64,000 nucleotides of DNA from Octopus sinensis (Eukaryota). A model generated the notes under the pieces. The model saw nothing but the letters and a program-made list of their open reading frames with translations. It did no database searches and had not been told where the DNA came from. The stretch is from NCBI RefSeq assembly GCF_006345805.1, contig NC_043004.1, forward strand, positions 92,938,001 to 93,002,000, in the 5' to 3' direction. Every line of letters begins with the position of its first letter. Position 1 is the stretch's first letter. Below, piece by piece: positions 49,874 through 63,592 of the stretch. Position numbers and translations under genes: made by a program.

Positions 49874-50819
49874 TATATATATATGCACATACATATAGAG
49901 AAAGAGAGAGAGAGCATATGCTGGTGATCTGTACTAGAATTGTACTGTGTGTGTGTGTGTTTCTCAAAACTGAACACCAACCACATGAAGCCATTGAAGC
50001 TAATCATTAACTGCAATTGCTTCACAAATTCTGAATATCAGACAAAAGCTAAGGGCTTTGTCCTCGTATTTCATTGGGACTTGAAAAAGAAAATGTCATT
50101 ACATTGACCTAATTTCATTCATATATTGTCATTAATTTCATAATGCAGTTGTGCATTATCTACACTCTTTATCAATTACTGAAGTTAGTTTATGGATCCA
50201 AGGACCATGACGTGCAGGAAGGAAGCCTGGCAAACCTAGACAGAGCCTGGTATTTAACTCTAGTTTTTGCAAAGTTGATGTGGGACCCCTTCCCCCCATA
50301 ACATTCTAAACAAGATCCTAGTCTGTTGTGGCTTGTTTTCCTCTTATTCTATAGTCTGTTGCTGGCAGTTACGCATAAAGCAACCTACAAAGAGATTCAG
50401 TGGAATAGTGGTTGTTGTTTTGAACTAGTAACTCAAGGGCATTTAGTCTAGTTAATCGATAATCTGACCATTTGGTCTTTTTATCTCTCGTTAAATCCTT
50501 GTATGTAGCCTACAAACACGTATCAAATGTCTGTTCTGTAACATCTGAACATGCAGGTCATTATCATAATCATCTTTAAAATGTCTATGTTCCATGCAGG
50601 CATAGGTTGGGTCATTTGACAGGATTCAATGATTCTGAGGACTGCATCATGCTCCAGTGTTTTCTTAGGCATAATTTCTATTTCTGGATGCCTTTCCTAA
50701 TGCCACTTTATAAAGTGTATTTAGATGCTTTTTTTTCTTCCGTTTCTTGGTATCAGCAGGTGACATCTCAAAATTATTTTATAGAATCATGGCTTCTCAT
50801 TTATAGAATCATGAGAAGA

Positions 50820-51418
50820 CTCAGCAAGCGCAAGTGAGACCATAACCTTGTGGACTATGCCAGGGGTGTAACCAGTCCACTTATGTGTGCCTTTCCTTCA
50901 TTGGACACTAAACTCTGCCTGTGAAGACTTGTTGAGGCAAGTGAAATCGAAATCAAATTCAATGACTGGCATCCGTGCTAGTGGAGTGCTAAGAGTACCA
51001 TACAAGTGAGATTATGGCCAGAGCAACAAGCTGTCCTCCATGCCGATGGCACATTAAAAACACCATTTGAGCGTGATGGTTACCTGCGTTGCCTTACTAG
51101 CACTTGTGCTGGTGGCGTGTGAAAAACATTCCAGCGAAGTCGCTGCCAGTGCCGCTGGACTGGCTCCTGTGCAGGTGGCACATAAAAAGCACCATTTGAG
51201 CGTGGCCGTTGCCAGTACTGCCTGATTGGCCCTAGTGCCGGTGGCACGTAAAAGCATCTACTACACTCTGAGTGGTTGGCATTAGGAAGGGCATCAAGCA
51301 GTAGAAACTCTGCCAGATCAGATTGGAGTCTGGTGCAGCCATCTGGTTCACTGGACCTCAGTTAAATTGTCCAACCCTTGCTAGCATGGAAAGCGGATGT
51401 TAAACGATGATGATGATG
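50820..51418 (+). mobile_element. Long (GAT)n-tailed element with a 5' extension and about 5 internal modules
   Basis: Repeated tggc(a/g)c(a/g)t.aaaa..cacc modules upstream of the family 3' domain. Confidence 0.7.
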
Positions 51419-52022
51419 GCTTAGCTCTCAACTGATAAATATACACGCATGTAGCTGGGATGGATGATTAGGGATAAAATGAGTTGTATGGAGTTGACAT
51501 TCTAGATGGTACCAACTGGCAACTCTGAATGAATTTTGTGATAATTTCTGCAAATCAGGAATGGTTAGAACTATTTCTGTTGGCTTTCTCAAGAAAGGAA
51601 AAAAAAAAAATTTTTTCTTGCCTGTTTGAATAAAATTCTATTCAATGAAGCCAGTGAAATTAGCAAATTTCAAGTTAGAAAATTCATTAGTAGAAGATAT
51701 TGTCTGGAAAAGTTGTGTACCAGCACTGAAAATAACTTGGACTGTGTTGCTTTCAGGAAAATACTGCAGCCTGCAGAGGTGTTTGGAAGTAAATGTTTGA
51801 AATAGTTGTACTTTTAATTGAGAATTCTTTATGGAATGAGTGAGTGGGGAAGAGGTTGAGATGTTTTAATTTTGATTCAGAGGTTATTTTTATACACATT
51901 GAAGCTAAAGGTTAACAATAGCTGCTGGTTACAGTTAATACATTTGATCTATTCAAGGAAGCCCCCCCCCTCACTAGTTGTTTATTAGAGGAAGTGGTTA
52001 GAGCTTAAAAATCAACAACATA

Positions 52023-52084
<62 letters not shown>

Positions 52085-52134
52085 TGGTGCCCCAGCATGG
52101 CCACAGCTTGTGAGCTGAAACTAGATAAATAAAT

Positions 52135-52187
<53 letters not shown>

Positions 52188-52189
<2 letters not shown>

Positions 52190-52588
52190 TCTCTCTTTTA
52201 CTCTTTTACTTGTTTCAGTCATTTGACTGTGGCCATGCTGGAGCACCACCTTTAATCGAGCAACTCGACCCCAGGACTTATTCTTTTGTAAGCCCAGTAC
52301 TTGTTCTATCAGTCTCTTTTGCCGAACCGCTAAGTAACGGGGACATAAACACACCAGCATCGGTTGTCAAGCAATTCTAGGGGGACAAACACACACACAC
52401 AAACACACACACACATATATATATTTGACAGGCTTCTTTCAGTTTCCGTCTACCAAATCCACTCACAAGGGTTTGGTTGGCCCGAGGCTATAGTAGAAGA
52501 CACTTGCCCAAGGTGCCACGCAGTGGGACTGAACCCGGAACCATGTGGTTGGTAAACAAGCTACTTACCACACAGCCACTCCTGTGCC
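52188..52588 (-). mobile_element. CORE-like tRNA SINE
   Basis: Family sequence on the minus strand. Confidence 0.9.
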
Positions 52589-52600
52589 TTATATATATAT

Positions 52601-52631
<31 letters not shown>

Positions 52632-52792
52632 GATATCATAGTAATGGTAGAATGTCTGCCCTGTTTTCGGAAGATGTGGGTTTGAGTCTTATGGTCAGCC
52701 CTCAACTTTTCTATCCAATGGTTTTTTTTTTAAATTTCAACCCAATATTTATATGCTGTTATTTACAGCATTATCTGCTTTGAGATTTCCTG

Positions 52793-52836
<44 letters not shown>

Positions 52837-53035
52837 TGGCTGCTTTCTCATATACAAGGAAAGCTATTGCTAGAAAGAATCATTGAAATGAGTAATTGAT
52901 AATGCAATATGAGTCGTTCTTCTGTTGGGAGTTTGCTATTCATCTGGAACCTCCTTTCTGACTTTACTATGGTGGGTGGGTCTGATTAGAGCCAAGCTGC
53001 AGACACCATTCACTCCTGATATTAAGAACATACAA

Positions 53036-53427
53036 GGTGCAGGAGTGGCTGTGTGGTAAGTAGCTTGCTTACCAACCACATGGTTCCGGGTTCCGTTCCA
53101 CTGCGTGGCACCTTGGGCAAGTGTCTTCTACTATAGCCTCGGGCCGACCAAAGCCTTGAGTGGATTTGGTAGATGGAAACTGAAAGAAGCTCATCGTATA
53201 TATGTATATATATATATGTTTGTGTGTCTGTGTTTGTCCCCCTAGCATTGCTTGACAACCGATGCTGGTGTGTTTATGTCCCCGTCACTTAGTGGTTTGG
53301 CAAAAGAGACCGATAAATAAGTACTGGGCTTACAAAGAATAAGTGCCATGGTTGACTTGCTCAACTAAAGGCGGTGCTCCAGCATGGCCGCAGTCAAATG
53401 ACTGAAACAAGTAAAAGAGTAAAAGAG
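53036..53427 (+). mobile_element. CORE-like tRNA SINE
   Basis: Family head to tail. Confidence 0.9.
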
Positions 53428-53857
53428 AAACATACAAAGCCAGCAACTGTGAAAAAGACGACTACCTCAAAATGTTAGAAACTTTGAGAAGGATTCTATA
53501 TTAAAATGTCTGCTTTCTTCTAAGTAATATTTTGTCAGATGGAGAGCTGACTGGCATAAGTACAGCTTTAATTACTTCAGTAATTAAATAAATGATTAAA
53601 TAATTATTTAGTTCCATACAAGTCATTTCATTACTCTTACTCATTATCTTCTCATATCGTTTTGATAATTACAAAATATGTTGCAGAGTTGCTAGAATTC
53701 TTTGAATATTCCTGAATTCAGCTGCTAATTTGATGTCAAAGGCATTAACATTTCATTAATGTTTCTTATATTTAGAAAATTAACATTTTAATTATTAATG
53801 TTAAATATTTTGTGTATTCTTTGTTAATTTAATTTTTTTGTTTTTTGTTTTTTGCAG

Positions 53858-53888
53858 AGGAATTAAAAAATGACAACAAAAGTAAAGG
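53858..53888 (+). other. Candidate 31-nt exon, possibly carrying a start codon (MTTKVK)
   Basis: tttttttgttttttgttttttgcag|AGGAATTAAAAAATGACAACAAAAGTAAAGG|gtatgt; strong acceptor and donor in unique sequence. Confidence 0.45.
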
Positions 53889-54337
53889 GTATGTTTTAAT
53901 TTTTTTTAAATTTCTGTATTTTATGTTTTATTTTGTGTGTATTTTTAATGTTTTACATATATATTTGCATATGTATGTATCTGTAGAAAGCAGAAAGGGG
54001 GTTGATCATTAGATTACCTATTGGAACACCACCTATTTTTACTAAATTGCAGTTTAATAAATTGTGTGTGTGTGTGTGTATGTATATATATATATATATA
54101 TAATCTTTTATGTTTCAATCATTAGACTGAGGCCATACTGGGGCACCACCTTTGGTCAGTCGAAGGTTGTAGTAGAAGACACTTGCCCAAGGTGCTACAC
54201 AATGGGACTGAACTCAGGGCCATGTGGTTAAGAGGAAGCTTCTTACCACACAGCCACATCTTTGTATATATTAATTTTTGTAACTGCTGGTGTAATGTAA
54301 CTGGGACCCATGCTGGTGGTATGTGAAAGCACCTATG

Positions 54338-54783
54338 CTGGTGGCACGTAAATAGCACCCATTACACTTTTAGATTGGTTGGCATTAGGAAGGGCATCTA
54401 GCTGTAGGAACCATGCCAAATCAGACTGGAACTTGGTGCGGCTCTCTGGCTTACCAGCTCCAGTCAAACCATCAAGCATGGAAAGCAGACTAAATGATGC
54501 TGATTTATATATATATATATATATATATAAATCAGCATCATTTAGTCTGCTTTCCATGCTTGATGGTTTGACTAGAGCTGGTAAGCCAGAGAGCCGCACC
54601 AAGTTCCAGTCTGATTTGGCATGGTTCCTACAGCTAGATGCCCTCCTAATGCCAACCAATCTAAAAGTGTAATGGGTGCTATTTACGTGCCACCAGATTT
54701 ATATATATATATATATATAAATCAGCATCATTTAGTCTGCTTTCCATGCTTGATGGTTTGACTGGAGCTGGTAAGCCAGAGAG

Positions 54784-54787
<4 letters not shown>
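54338..54787. repeat. (TA)n-centred palindromic duplication of a decayed SINE plus a third partial copy
   Basis: Arms 54338-54506 and 54528-54696 differ by one substitution and one 1-nt indel; third copy 54697-54787. Confidence 0.9.
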
Positions 54788-54814
<27 letters not shown>

Positions 54815-55094
54815 ACTCGTGCTGGTGGCACATAAAAAGCACCATCCGATCGTGGCCATTTGCCAGCCTCACCTGGCACCTGTGCCGGTGGCACGTAAAA
54901 AGTACCCACTACACTCACGGAGTGGTTGGCGTTAGGAAGGGCATCCAGCCATAGAATCATTGCCAGATCAGACTGGGCCTGGTGCAGCCTTCTGGCTTCC
55001 CAGACCCCAGTTTGAACCGTCCAACCCATGCTAGCATGGAAAGCGGACGCTAAACAATGATGATGATGATTATATATATATATATATATATATA

Positions 55095-55690
55095 TATAGG
55101 TAAACAGTAAAAATATTACAGACATGGACAAGAACATGAAACACCACAGGAAGACCAAGAACCACAGGACGGGACATTCGAAGCCCTCAGTCATCAGTCA
55201 AGAACCAGATCATCTTAGCAATTTCGGCTGATTAATCTTGAGATTGCTCCGATATGGCCAGCCCGCCAAGGGAAATCTAAGCCAAGCGCATTAGATCCCC
55301 TGGAAGAAAGCTTCGAATGTATACAACACGAGGACGGAAACGAACGAAGTACACGAACAAAATACAGAATACGTGACACCAATAAGAATACAAAAACGTA
55401 AAAACAATAACGGTAAAAATAAAATAAACAACAAAACAAACCAGGACGTAGGACAAGGGTCTTTCGACAGGACGAGTTGAGTATGGGGCTGGCTTGTGAA
55501 GTTGTGCCTAATGGCCGGGGGAGACGAACAAATACATATATATAAATTTTGTTTACCATTTATTGTGAAAGATAATAGAAATTTCAAATAATGGTTGTAA
55601 TAGTTGAACAAACACTCAAATGTTGTAATAGCCAATCTCTCATGTTCCAGGAACAGTCTTGTTTTTGTTTTCCGTAATTGTTTCTCCACA
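55095..55690 (-). mobile_element. Penelope-like fragment
   Basis: KQLRKTKTRLFLEHER resembles the GIY-YIG GxTxRxLxxRxxEH motif; CpG-rich downstream UTR-like part; adjacent to (TA)n. Confidence 0.5.
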
Positions 55691-55885
55691 CTAGTATGGT
55701 TTATTTGTTAAAGCAAATTATTTTCTTTTTTTTAACACCCTAATGCTTTTTTGTATTTCTAATCTCTCAACTATGAAATAGTAGTGGAACCTGTTTTTTT
55801 AATGTCATCCAAAACAAAACCAAAGCAGGCAGAACCATGAGCCTCACTTAATTGCATTATTATTATTATTATCATTATTATTATT

Positions 55886-56121
55886 ATTAAGGTGGTGAGC
55901 TGGCAGAATTGTTAGCACACCAGGCGAGATGCTTAGCTGTATTTTGTCTGTCTTTACGTTCTGAGTTCAAATTCCGCCTAAGCTGACTTTGCCTTTCATC
56001 CTTTCAGGGTTGATGAAAAAAAGTACCAGTGAAATAATGGGGTCAATGTAATCAGCTATCCCCCTTCCTCAAAATTTCAGGTTTTGTGCCTATTGTAGAA
56101 AGGATTATTATTATTATTATT
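55886..56121 (+). mobile_element. (ATT)n-tailed tRNA SINE inserted in a (TTA)n tract
   Basis: aaggtggtgagctggcagaat head to gaaaggattattatt tail, with (TTA)n on both sides. Confidence 0.8.
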
Positions 56122-57086
56122 ACACTATATTGGTGTTCTAGTAATGATAGCAAGTTGTTATTTTTTACCACAAAGTATTTTTTTTTGTGCACCTTATACT
56201 TTGGATTTGCATGTTGCAGAGTATTGTCAAAGCTCTCCCAACTAGTTACCTGCTGTTTAGATTCTCATCTATTTATTTGATATTATTCTTTTAATTACCC
56301 ACTTCCATACTTTCAAAGACTATGTCTCTTTGCTTTCATGGTTCTATCAACTCTATTATTATTCTATCACTTTGTTTCTATCCAGCCTTGCTCGAACCTT
56401 GCTCCACAGATCTCATCTGTAGCCTGCATCAGATTGTCTTATAAAAACTGACAATTGTGTTCTGTGCTATAAATCTCTAATTCCGTCTATTTTATGACAC
56501 ATCTATTTGCTAACTAATATTTCTTTGAATCTGTGTGACCTAGTGCTATTTCAGCTGTAATAGCTTCCTTAACCAGATTGTCTTTGGGTCCAACTACCTC
56601 TTAAACTGATTACTAGTCTGTGTGTCTGTGTTGAGTGATGCATTCTTCTCTTGAAAAAAAAAAAAACATTAGTATTCAGAATGTTGTTTTTTTGTTTGTT
56701 TCACAGTGAGTATGAAGTTTATCTAACATATGTTGAGTGATGGGTGCTCAGGTGGCTGGTTGGTTTCCTGAGGTTAATGTTGCAAAAATGGCTAGGTCAT
56801 TTGCATTACAGAGCCTTCAGAGCTTTGACCCTTCTTCATTCCAGGTTACATAACAATATTTTCCTTGTACATCCAGATAGACATCACGGTGTTAACCTAG
56901 TGTGTCTGTTAAAGTCACAAATCCAAATCAGTGATTAATGCTATTACTGCATTGTGTTCTTGAAGTAGTTTGCTCGAGGAGCTCATAGAAATGTACCTTT
57001 TACTCATCTGTCTGTCATCTGTCTGTCCTGATTGTGTTTCATATGTCAAAGTCACCATTGCTGGCTGTTCCCAATGACTAGTCTTA

Positions 57087-57306
57087 CCCTTTAGTATTCA
57101 GATTATTCTGTAAAATGTAAAGCTTATGTATTCACACCATGTAAAATTAATCTTGCATCATTTCATGGCTTTGAGATTTCAATGATGTGATTGTTTATTT
57201 TTAAAATGACACAATAAGGTAGCTATGAATGACTATATCTGACTAGTTTGAACATAAAACAGGTAGAATATTTTGGCCGGATATGGCCGGTTTAAACACT
57301 AAAGGG
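57087..57306. mobile_element. piggyBac-type MITE, homologue of 20471-20691
   Basis: ccctttag...ctaaaggg|TTAA. Confidence 0.8.
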
Positions 57307-57601
57307 TTAAACTTGATTTATTCTATTACTCTTTCTAAATTACTTTACCTATTTCTGAGTTGTGGTATTGTAAGCAGTAGCAGGGCTGGAGTTGGTGACC
57401 ATGGTATTAGTAATGTAACCTCATACCTACTGGGATTACAAAATTGTCTTTATTGGTGATTAACCTCAGATTGAATTTGTTTAAATGGGCTTTCATTATA
57501 GAGGTAGAAATTGAATATTTAGGAGCTCCACAAGTTCTGTACTCCACAGTCTGTTTTTGACTACAAATGCAGCACAGCACTATTGATAAGATCTGAATAA
57601 T

Positions 57602-57985
57602 GGGTGCAGGAGTGGCTGTGTGGTAAGTAGCTTGTTTACCAACCACATGGTTCCGGGTTTAGTTCCACTGCATGGCACCTTGGGCAAGTGTCTTCTACTA
57701 TAGCCTTGGGCCGACCAAAGCCTTGTGAGTGGATTTGGTAGATGGAAACTGAAAGAAGCCCGTCGTATATATGTATATATATATGCATGTGTGTGTTTGT
57801 CCCCCTAGCTTTGCTTGACAACCGATGCTGGTGTGTTTATGTCCCCCGTTACTTAGCGGTTCGGCAAAAGAGACCGATAGAATAAGTACTGGGCTTACAA
57901 AAGAATAAGTCCCGGGGTCGAGTTGCTCGATTAAAGGCGGTGCTCCAGCATGGCCGCAGTCAAATGACAAACGAGTAAAAGAGTA
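57602..57985 (+). mobile_element. CORE-like tRNA SINE
   Basis: Family head to tail. Confidence 0.9.
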
Positions 57986-60900
57986 ATGAGGCTCTCAGTC
58001 AATGATGTGAAATCACAGTGACTTCACCAGAGGCTAGCCTAATTCAAAGTATTATATAGTGGAAGGTATTGGAATACTGTAACAGCAGAGTGTTGGAGTA
58101 AATGTATGGCAGTATTTAGGATTAAGGTTGTTGTACAACAAAAACAGTACAGTTGATTCATCAAAAATCAACATGTATTAAACTAAAAATATAAATGTTC
58201 TGAAACTAATATTAAGTAGTATTTTCAAAAGATTTTATGAAAAAAGTGTGTATAAATGCATTTAAAACAACACTTTTAAATGCCAATAAATATAGATTTA
58301 GCTTGATAAAATACCTAAATATCTGAAATGAAATTTTGTTAATAAGATTATAAATTTTAGGACTATTAGTTTTTTTTTTTTTTAGAGGTGATATTTACAT
58401 CCATGTTTTAACAGAACTGATCTCTGGTTTTCATTAAGTGTTGTATTCTGTTGCATATTACTGGATTCAAATCAGGAGCCCTTGTTTGTGAACTAAGAGT
58501 TTAGTTTAAGCATCTAGTGGTTAATAAAATCATTCCGTATACTCTTCATACCACCAACTACTTTAGAGTCAGAACTGTAGAATGATTGGTGATAGGAAGG
58601 GCATCCAGCTTTAAAAATCATACCAGGAAAAGAATGAAAAAACAGATGTCTATTCTGCAAGCTGTAGGACTGGTAACCTACCCAAGAGACCAGTAACTCT
58701 GAATTAAAAGAAGAAAATTATACAGAGTAGAGAAGATTCTTTTGTCTTGTTACAGACGATCTCTCTTGTGTCAGTGGCATGATATACATCCAGACTATGT
58801 CAAGTTGCTGTAAGACTTGTCCAACCCATACCAAATATTGGAAATTCAATATTTGAACAGCTAGATATGAACTTGGAGTTATTCTCAAATTAAGGAGTGA
58901 AGATGGGGTTAGACAAGGTATCTGACTTTGAATTGGAAGATTGTGTGTTTGAGTTTCATTGTGGTTGCAAATAATGCTTCTTTTATGAGTGCAGGCTTGG
59001 CTGTGTAGTTAGAAGTTTGCTTCCCACCTGCATTGTCTTGGGGTTCAGTACCACTGCATGACACTTTGGAAGTACCTTCTAATAGCCTCAAGCCAACCAG
59101 AGCCTTGTGAATGAATTTTGAAGAGGGGAACTGGGAGAAGCCTGCAAGTCCAGGGTGTTAATTTGTTTCACTAAACCCTTCAAACTAGCACCCCAGCATA
59201 ATTACAGTTCAATAACTGAAACAAGTTAAGATCTTGCATTAAATTAAAATAAAAATGATTCATTACAGATGGCCATATGTTTCACTCTGTATAAGTTTAT
59301 CAAATGAATTTAATATATATTTTACTTGTTGCTTGATTACAACTTCAACCATATTTTGTTTCATCCTGTCCTATTCTTACATGGTGTGGAGTTCAGATAT
59401 CATTTCCTTACAAAATCATACTTAAAACAGTTGTTGTAGAACAGAATTCTGAATCTGTAGGACTGTTTGATTGTGTTGTACGTGAATATTAAGTTTAGAA
59501 ACAGGGGACAGCTGTTCCTTTTTCGGTTCCATATTGATTTCTCACATTGGCACAATGTCACAAATTTGCAGTTGATTATAGTTGATGGAATCAACCTTGC
59601 TTTACTACTGATGCTTTGTCAGCTTTGGGAGATGGAACGATAGAATCATTGTTCCCAGAATTTCATTTTGAAATGTAAATGGATATGGATAAATAACAGA
59701 ATGATCAGTACTTTCCCAGCCATTTCTGGGAAACATGGAAATCCTGTGTTTGTGAGGGTTAGTTTCATTTATAAAAAAAGAGCAATTTAAGATAACTTGC
59801 TCTCTTGTTCTGTGATATTAGATAAAGCATGGAATCAGATTTTGCCTAGGTTTATATATAAGATATATAAGCTTATAAATTACTGGTACAAATAGAAGGA
59901 AAATAGCTGCTCATACTTGCAACTTGCTAGTAACACTGCACTATCAGTGTAGAGAGACAGCAGCACTGACTATCACTGTAGAAACTTTCTGCTCCATTTG
60001 CGACTGAAGTAACAATCAAATAAATTTGTACTCCTGTGACCTGTTCACTTTCACAATTCTGCTGCATTCCAGTGACTGGTTTGTAGAGGTACAATGAAAT
60101 CTTTTGACACTTTATAATGTATACTATTAAGAAATGAAAGGAATCTCAGTTGTTTTTGCTTTTCAAATGGTTAGCATGATTTCCTCTATGTAATTCTTTT
60201 AGCGTCAACACACACTCTCAGAATAAGTTCCTTGCCAAGCAACTACAGCTCCAAAATCACATTCTTTGTTTCTTTCTTACATGCGAAAACTACACAGCCA
60301 CAGCGCAGGTGTAGCTTTGTGAATAAGAAGTTTGCTTACCAACCATGTGGTCTCTGGTTCGGTCCCACTGCATGGCACCTTAGGCATGTGTTTTCTACAA
60401 AATCCCCAGGCCAACCAAAGCCTTGTAACAGGACTTGATAGATGGAAACTGAAAGAAGCCCATCATGTGTATATATGTACCTATGTTTATGTGCATGTAC
60501 ATATACCCTTGTCTTGACTTTGTGATGATTGTGGGCATCAACAAGCAACATTGCTTGTTTCCAGTCTTCCATGGAAAACATGCCTGGCCATGAGTAAAGA
60601 TTACCTTACTGGGAATCAGGTGAGGGTTGGTGACAGAAAGGGCATTTGGCCATAGAAAATCTGCCTTGGCAAATTCTGTCTGACCCGTGCAAGCATAGAA
60701 AAGCGGTTGTTTTAGAATGATGATGATATGAGGACTTCTCTCTAATGCTGCTAATAGAGATTAGGCTAATGTCACGTTTCCATTGGAAGATATCTGTATT
60801 ACATGCCTCTTCATGGTGTATTTATCTTGTGCAAGTAGGATTCCACTATCAAGATAACATAGACACCAACCTATTGATTTTCAGTTAACAATAATGCTTT

Positions 60901-62782
60901 CTCCATTGATTCAGTTAGGGAGGGAAGTCAGTCAGGCTGACAAACATTATGTTGGCATTATAAGGCCAGTCAGTAAAATCAGTTGGCTTGTGAAAGGTCT
61001 TCATTGGAATAAAACGTTTGAGATCCCCACTACACCAAAATCCAGTGTTGCATGCCATGATATAAAGTGAGGACTAAGGTCTAATCCTTTTGATACCAAC
61101 CTGCCTGAAACAGCTTGTCGTTCTATGATACAAAATTCATCTTAAGATAAAATATTCAATCAAAATTTTGTGTTAATTTAGGTTTCAAACACCAGGTGAA
61201 TAATGAAGTTATTTCACTAAGTCCTTCATTATTTTAAAAATTAATTGAAGTAAAGGCGAAATATAGTAGCAAAAGGGTTAAGACCAGTTCCTTAAGCAGA
61301 GAAAAACAGTCTCATGGTTATTTTGAAGAAAAATATATTGTGATGGATATTTTAAAAAATATATGAGAATTCAGTTAACATCTGAGACATTCAACACACC
61401 TCTTCATATTCCTAAGTGTAGGCATGGTTGTGTGGTAAAAACTCACTTTGAAACCACATGGTTTTGGGTTCAGTCCTACTGTGCAGCACCTTGAGAAAAT
61501 GTCATCTATAACCTGGGGCTGACCAATACCTTGGAAGTAAATTGGGTTGACAGAAACTGTATGGAAGCCTGTCACATAAATACACGTGTATGTGTTCTGT
61601 GCATGTCTTTATATCTCTCTTTACCCCACTACCACTGCTTGACAACTGGTGTTGTTTGTTTATGTCCCCATAACTTAGCAGTTCAACAAAAGAAGAGATA
61701 AATATTAGATTAAAAAAATGTACTTGGGTCAATTTATTCCACTAAAACCCTTTTAAGGGCTGCAGTTAACTGACTGAAACAAGTAAGCGATAAAAGGTAT
61801 TCTTTCAGAAATTTTCTTTTATAAATTAAAAACTCTACTTTTTTTTTAATTTATTCTATCACATTTATCAGCAATTAGAAATAATCTGATAGTCTGTTAG
61901 AGATTATCTGTTTGGATAATCTGATAGGATTGTTTGAGAGGCAGCTCTAGAAAGACGTCGCAAGTGATGGGGCACAGATCTCAATGTTATGCTTCACAGA
62001 CAAAATAAAAAGTTTGAGACAAATAATGACCTGTTAAAAAAAATATATCCAATTAAAATTAAATTTAAAATGAACCAATGTATGAGTTTCTACATGGCTA
62101 CACAAGCTGTTAGAATTAGCAGCCTAATCTCTGAAATTACACTCTATCACCTCTAAAATTAAATGACGGACATATTGGATAATGTAGTTTGCAATAAATT
62201 ATGCGTGGAAAGTCAGTGTGGTCATACCTAGAATGTCTTTGATTATAGTTCTACTCAGTCAAGGCTGACTGGGAGCTAAACATACCACTATCATCACCAC
62301 TCAACTAACATGTCCATATTCCATACACTCATATCCTGTACAAATCTTAAGCCAATGAGAGAGCTGCTTCATAGTTGCTGAACCTGTTAAAAAATAAGTC
62401 AAATCTCTTATATAACAGGCTACCAATTTTTTTTTTAAAGTCCTTGGGCATCCATATAAGATTTTCTTGTTAGAATTATCTGCAATAAACTAGTTATACT
62501 TTTATAAAACAGAATATTTTAACAATTTCTTTTTATACAATTTCTAATAATATTTAATTCTAAAAATATAATGATTTTTTTTAAACATTGTATGGCTAGG
62601 AGGGTCCATTCGAGTAAAATAGGAATGAAAAGGGTTCAAAGATAAAAAAATGGTTGAGAAATACTGCTCTATAATGTTTCAGTTACATAGCAGTGATAAA
62701 GTGTGGTTCAGTGCTGTGGGATGAAACCCAGAATTATATGATTGCAAAGTTGACTTCTTAAACATGTCTCTACTTGTGTGTA

Positions 62783-63300
62783 TCATCATCATCTTACGTC
62801 CATTTTCCATGCTAGCATGGGTTGGACGATTCGACCGGGGTCTGGTAAGCCATGGAGGCTGCACCAGGCTCTAGTCTGATTTGGAAGTGTTTCTACAGCT
62901 GGACGCCAACCACTCCATGAGTGTAGTGGGTGTTTTTTACGTGCCACCGGCACAGGGGCCAGGGAAGGCTGGCAAACGACCACGATCGGTTGGTGCTTTT
63001 ATGTGTCACTGACATGCACACCAGTCAGGCAGCGCTGGCATCTGCCACGTTCGGACGGTGCTTTTTACATGTCACTGGCACGGGTGTCTTAACTACAATT
63101 TCCATTTGATTTTTATTTTGATGTTGACATACTTGACTCACTAGGTCCCCTTAAGAAAGGCGGGTCACTCTACGATCCAAGGTCAGCACAGCAGGCCGTC
63201 CTGCAAGCCATGAACTCATTTCATTTGTCAGGTCTTCACAGTAACAGCATATCTCAGGGGTCTCGGTCTTCGTCATTTCCTCAGTGAGGCCCTACAAGCC
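62783..63300 (-). mobile_element. Long (GAT)n-tailed element with a different 5' extension
   Basis: Family 3' domain at 62783-63090 plus unique upstream sequence. Confidence 0.65.
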
Positions 63301-63387
63301 ACCAGCACGGGTATCACAACTACAATATATATTTATATAAAACGCTTGATTCAATAGCACTGTGTACAAACTCTATACATGGAATGA

Positions 63388-63592
63388 CCAATTTTAAATA
63401 CTATTGGATTTTACTCACAAGGTATTGGAATCTTAATTTTAAATACTATTGGATTTTACTCACAAGGTATTGGAATCTTAATTCTAAATACTATTGGATT
63501 TTACTCTTGGATTTGAATCTTAATTTTAAATACTATTGGATTTTACTCTTGGATTTGAATCTTAATTTTAAATCCTATTGGATTTGAATCTT
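63388..63592. repeat. 45/42-bp minisatellite, about 4.5 units
   Basis: aattttaaatactattggattttactcacaaggtattggaatctt twice, then a 42-bp variant twice. Confidence 0.9.

Noticed and set aside
55180-55270. Hammerhead in the 55 kb Penelope fragment
   Set aside because: A GGCUG/CAGCC-GAAA helix exists but no acceptable core or helix I/III could be assigned.
58757-58810. 54-nt exon candidate ttacag|ACGATC...TTGCT|gtaaga
   Set aside because: It overlaps a degenerate (GAT)n-family SINE fragment; splice-like signals are probably incidental.
1561-63587. Most ORFs in the supplied track as host genes
   Set aside because: They are recurring SINE translations (EDTCPRCHAVGLNPEPCGW, FLQLDALPNANHS) or microsatellite read-through (YIYI, CVCV, HTHT); none has a recognisable host domain.
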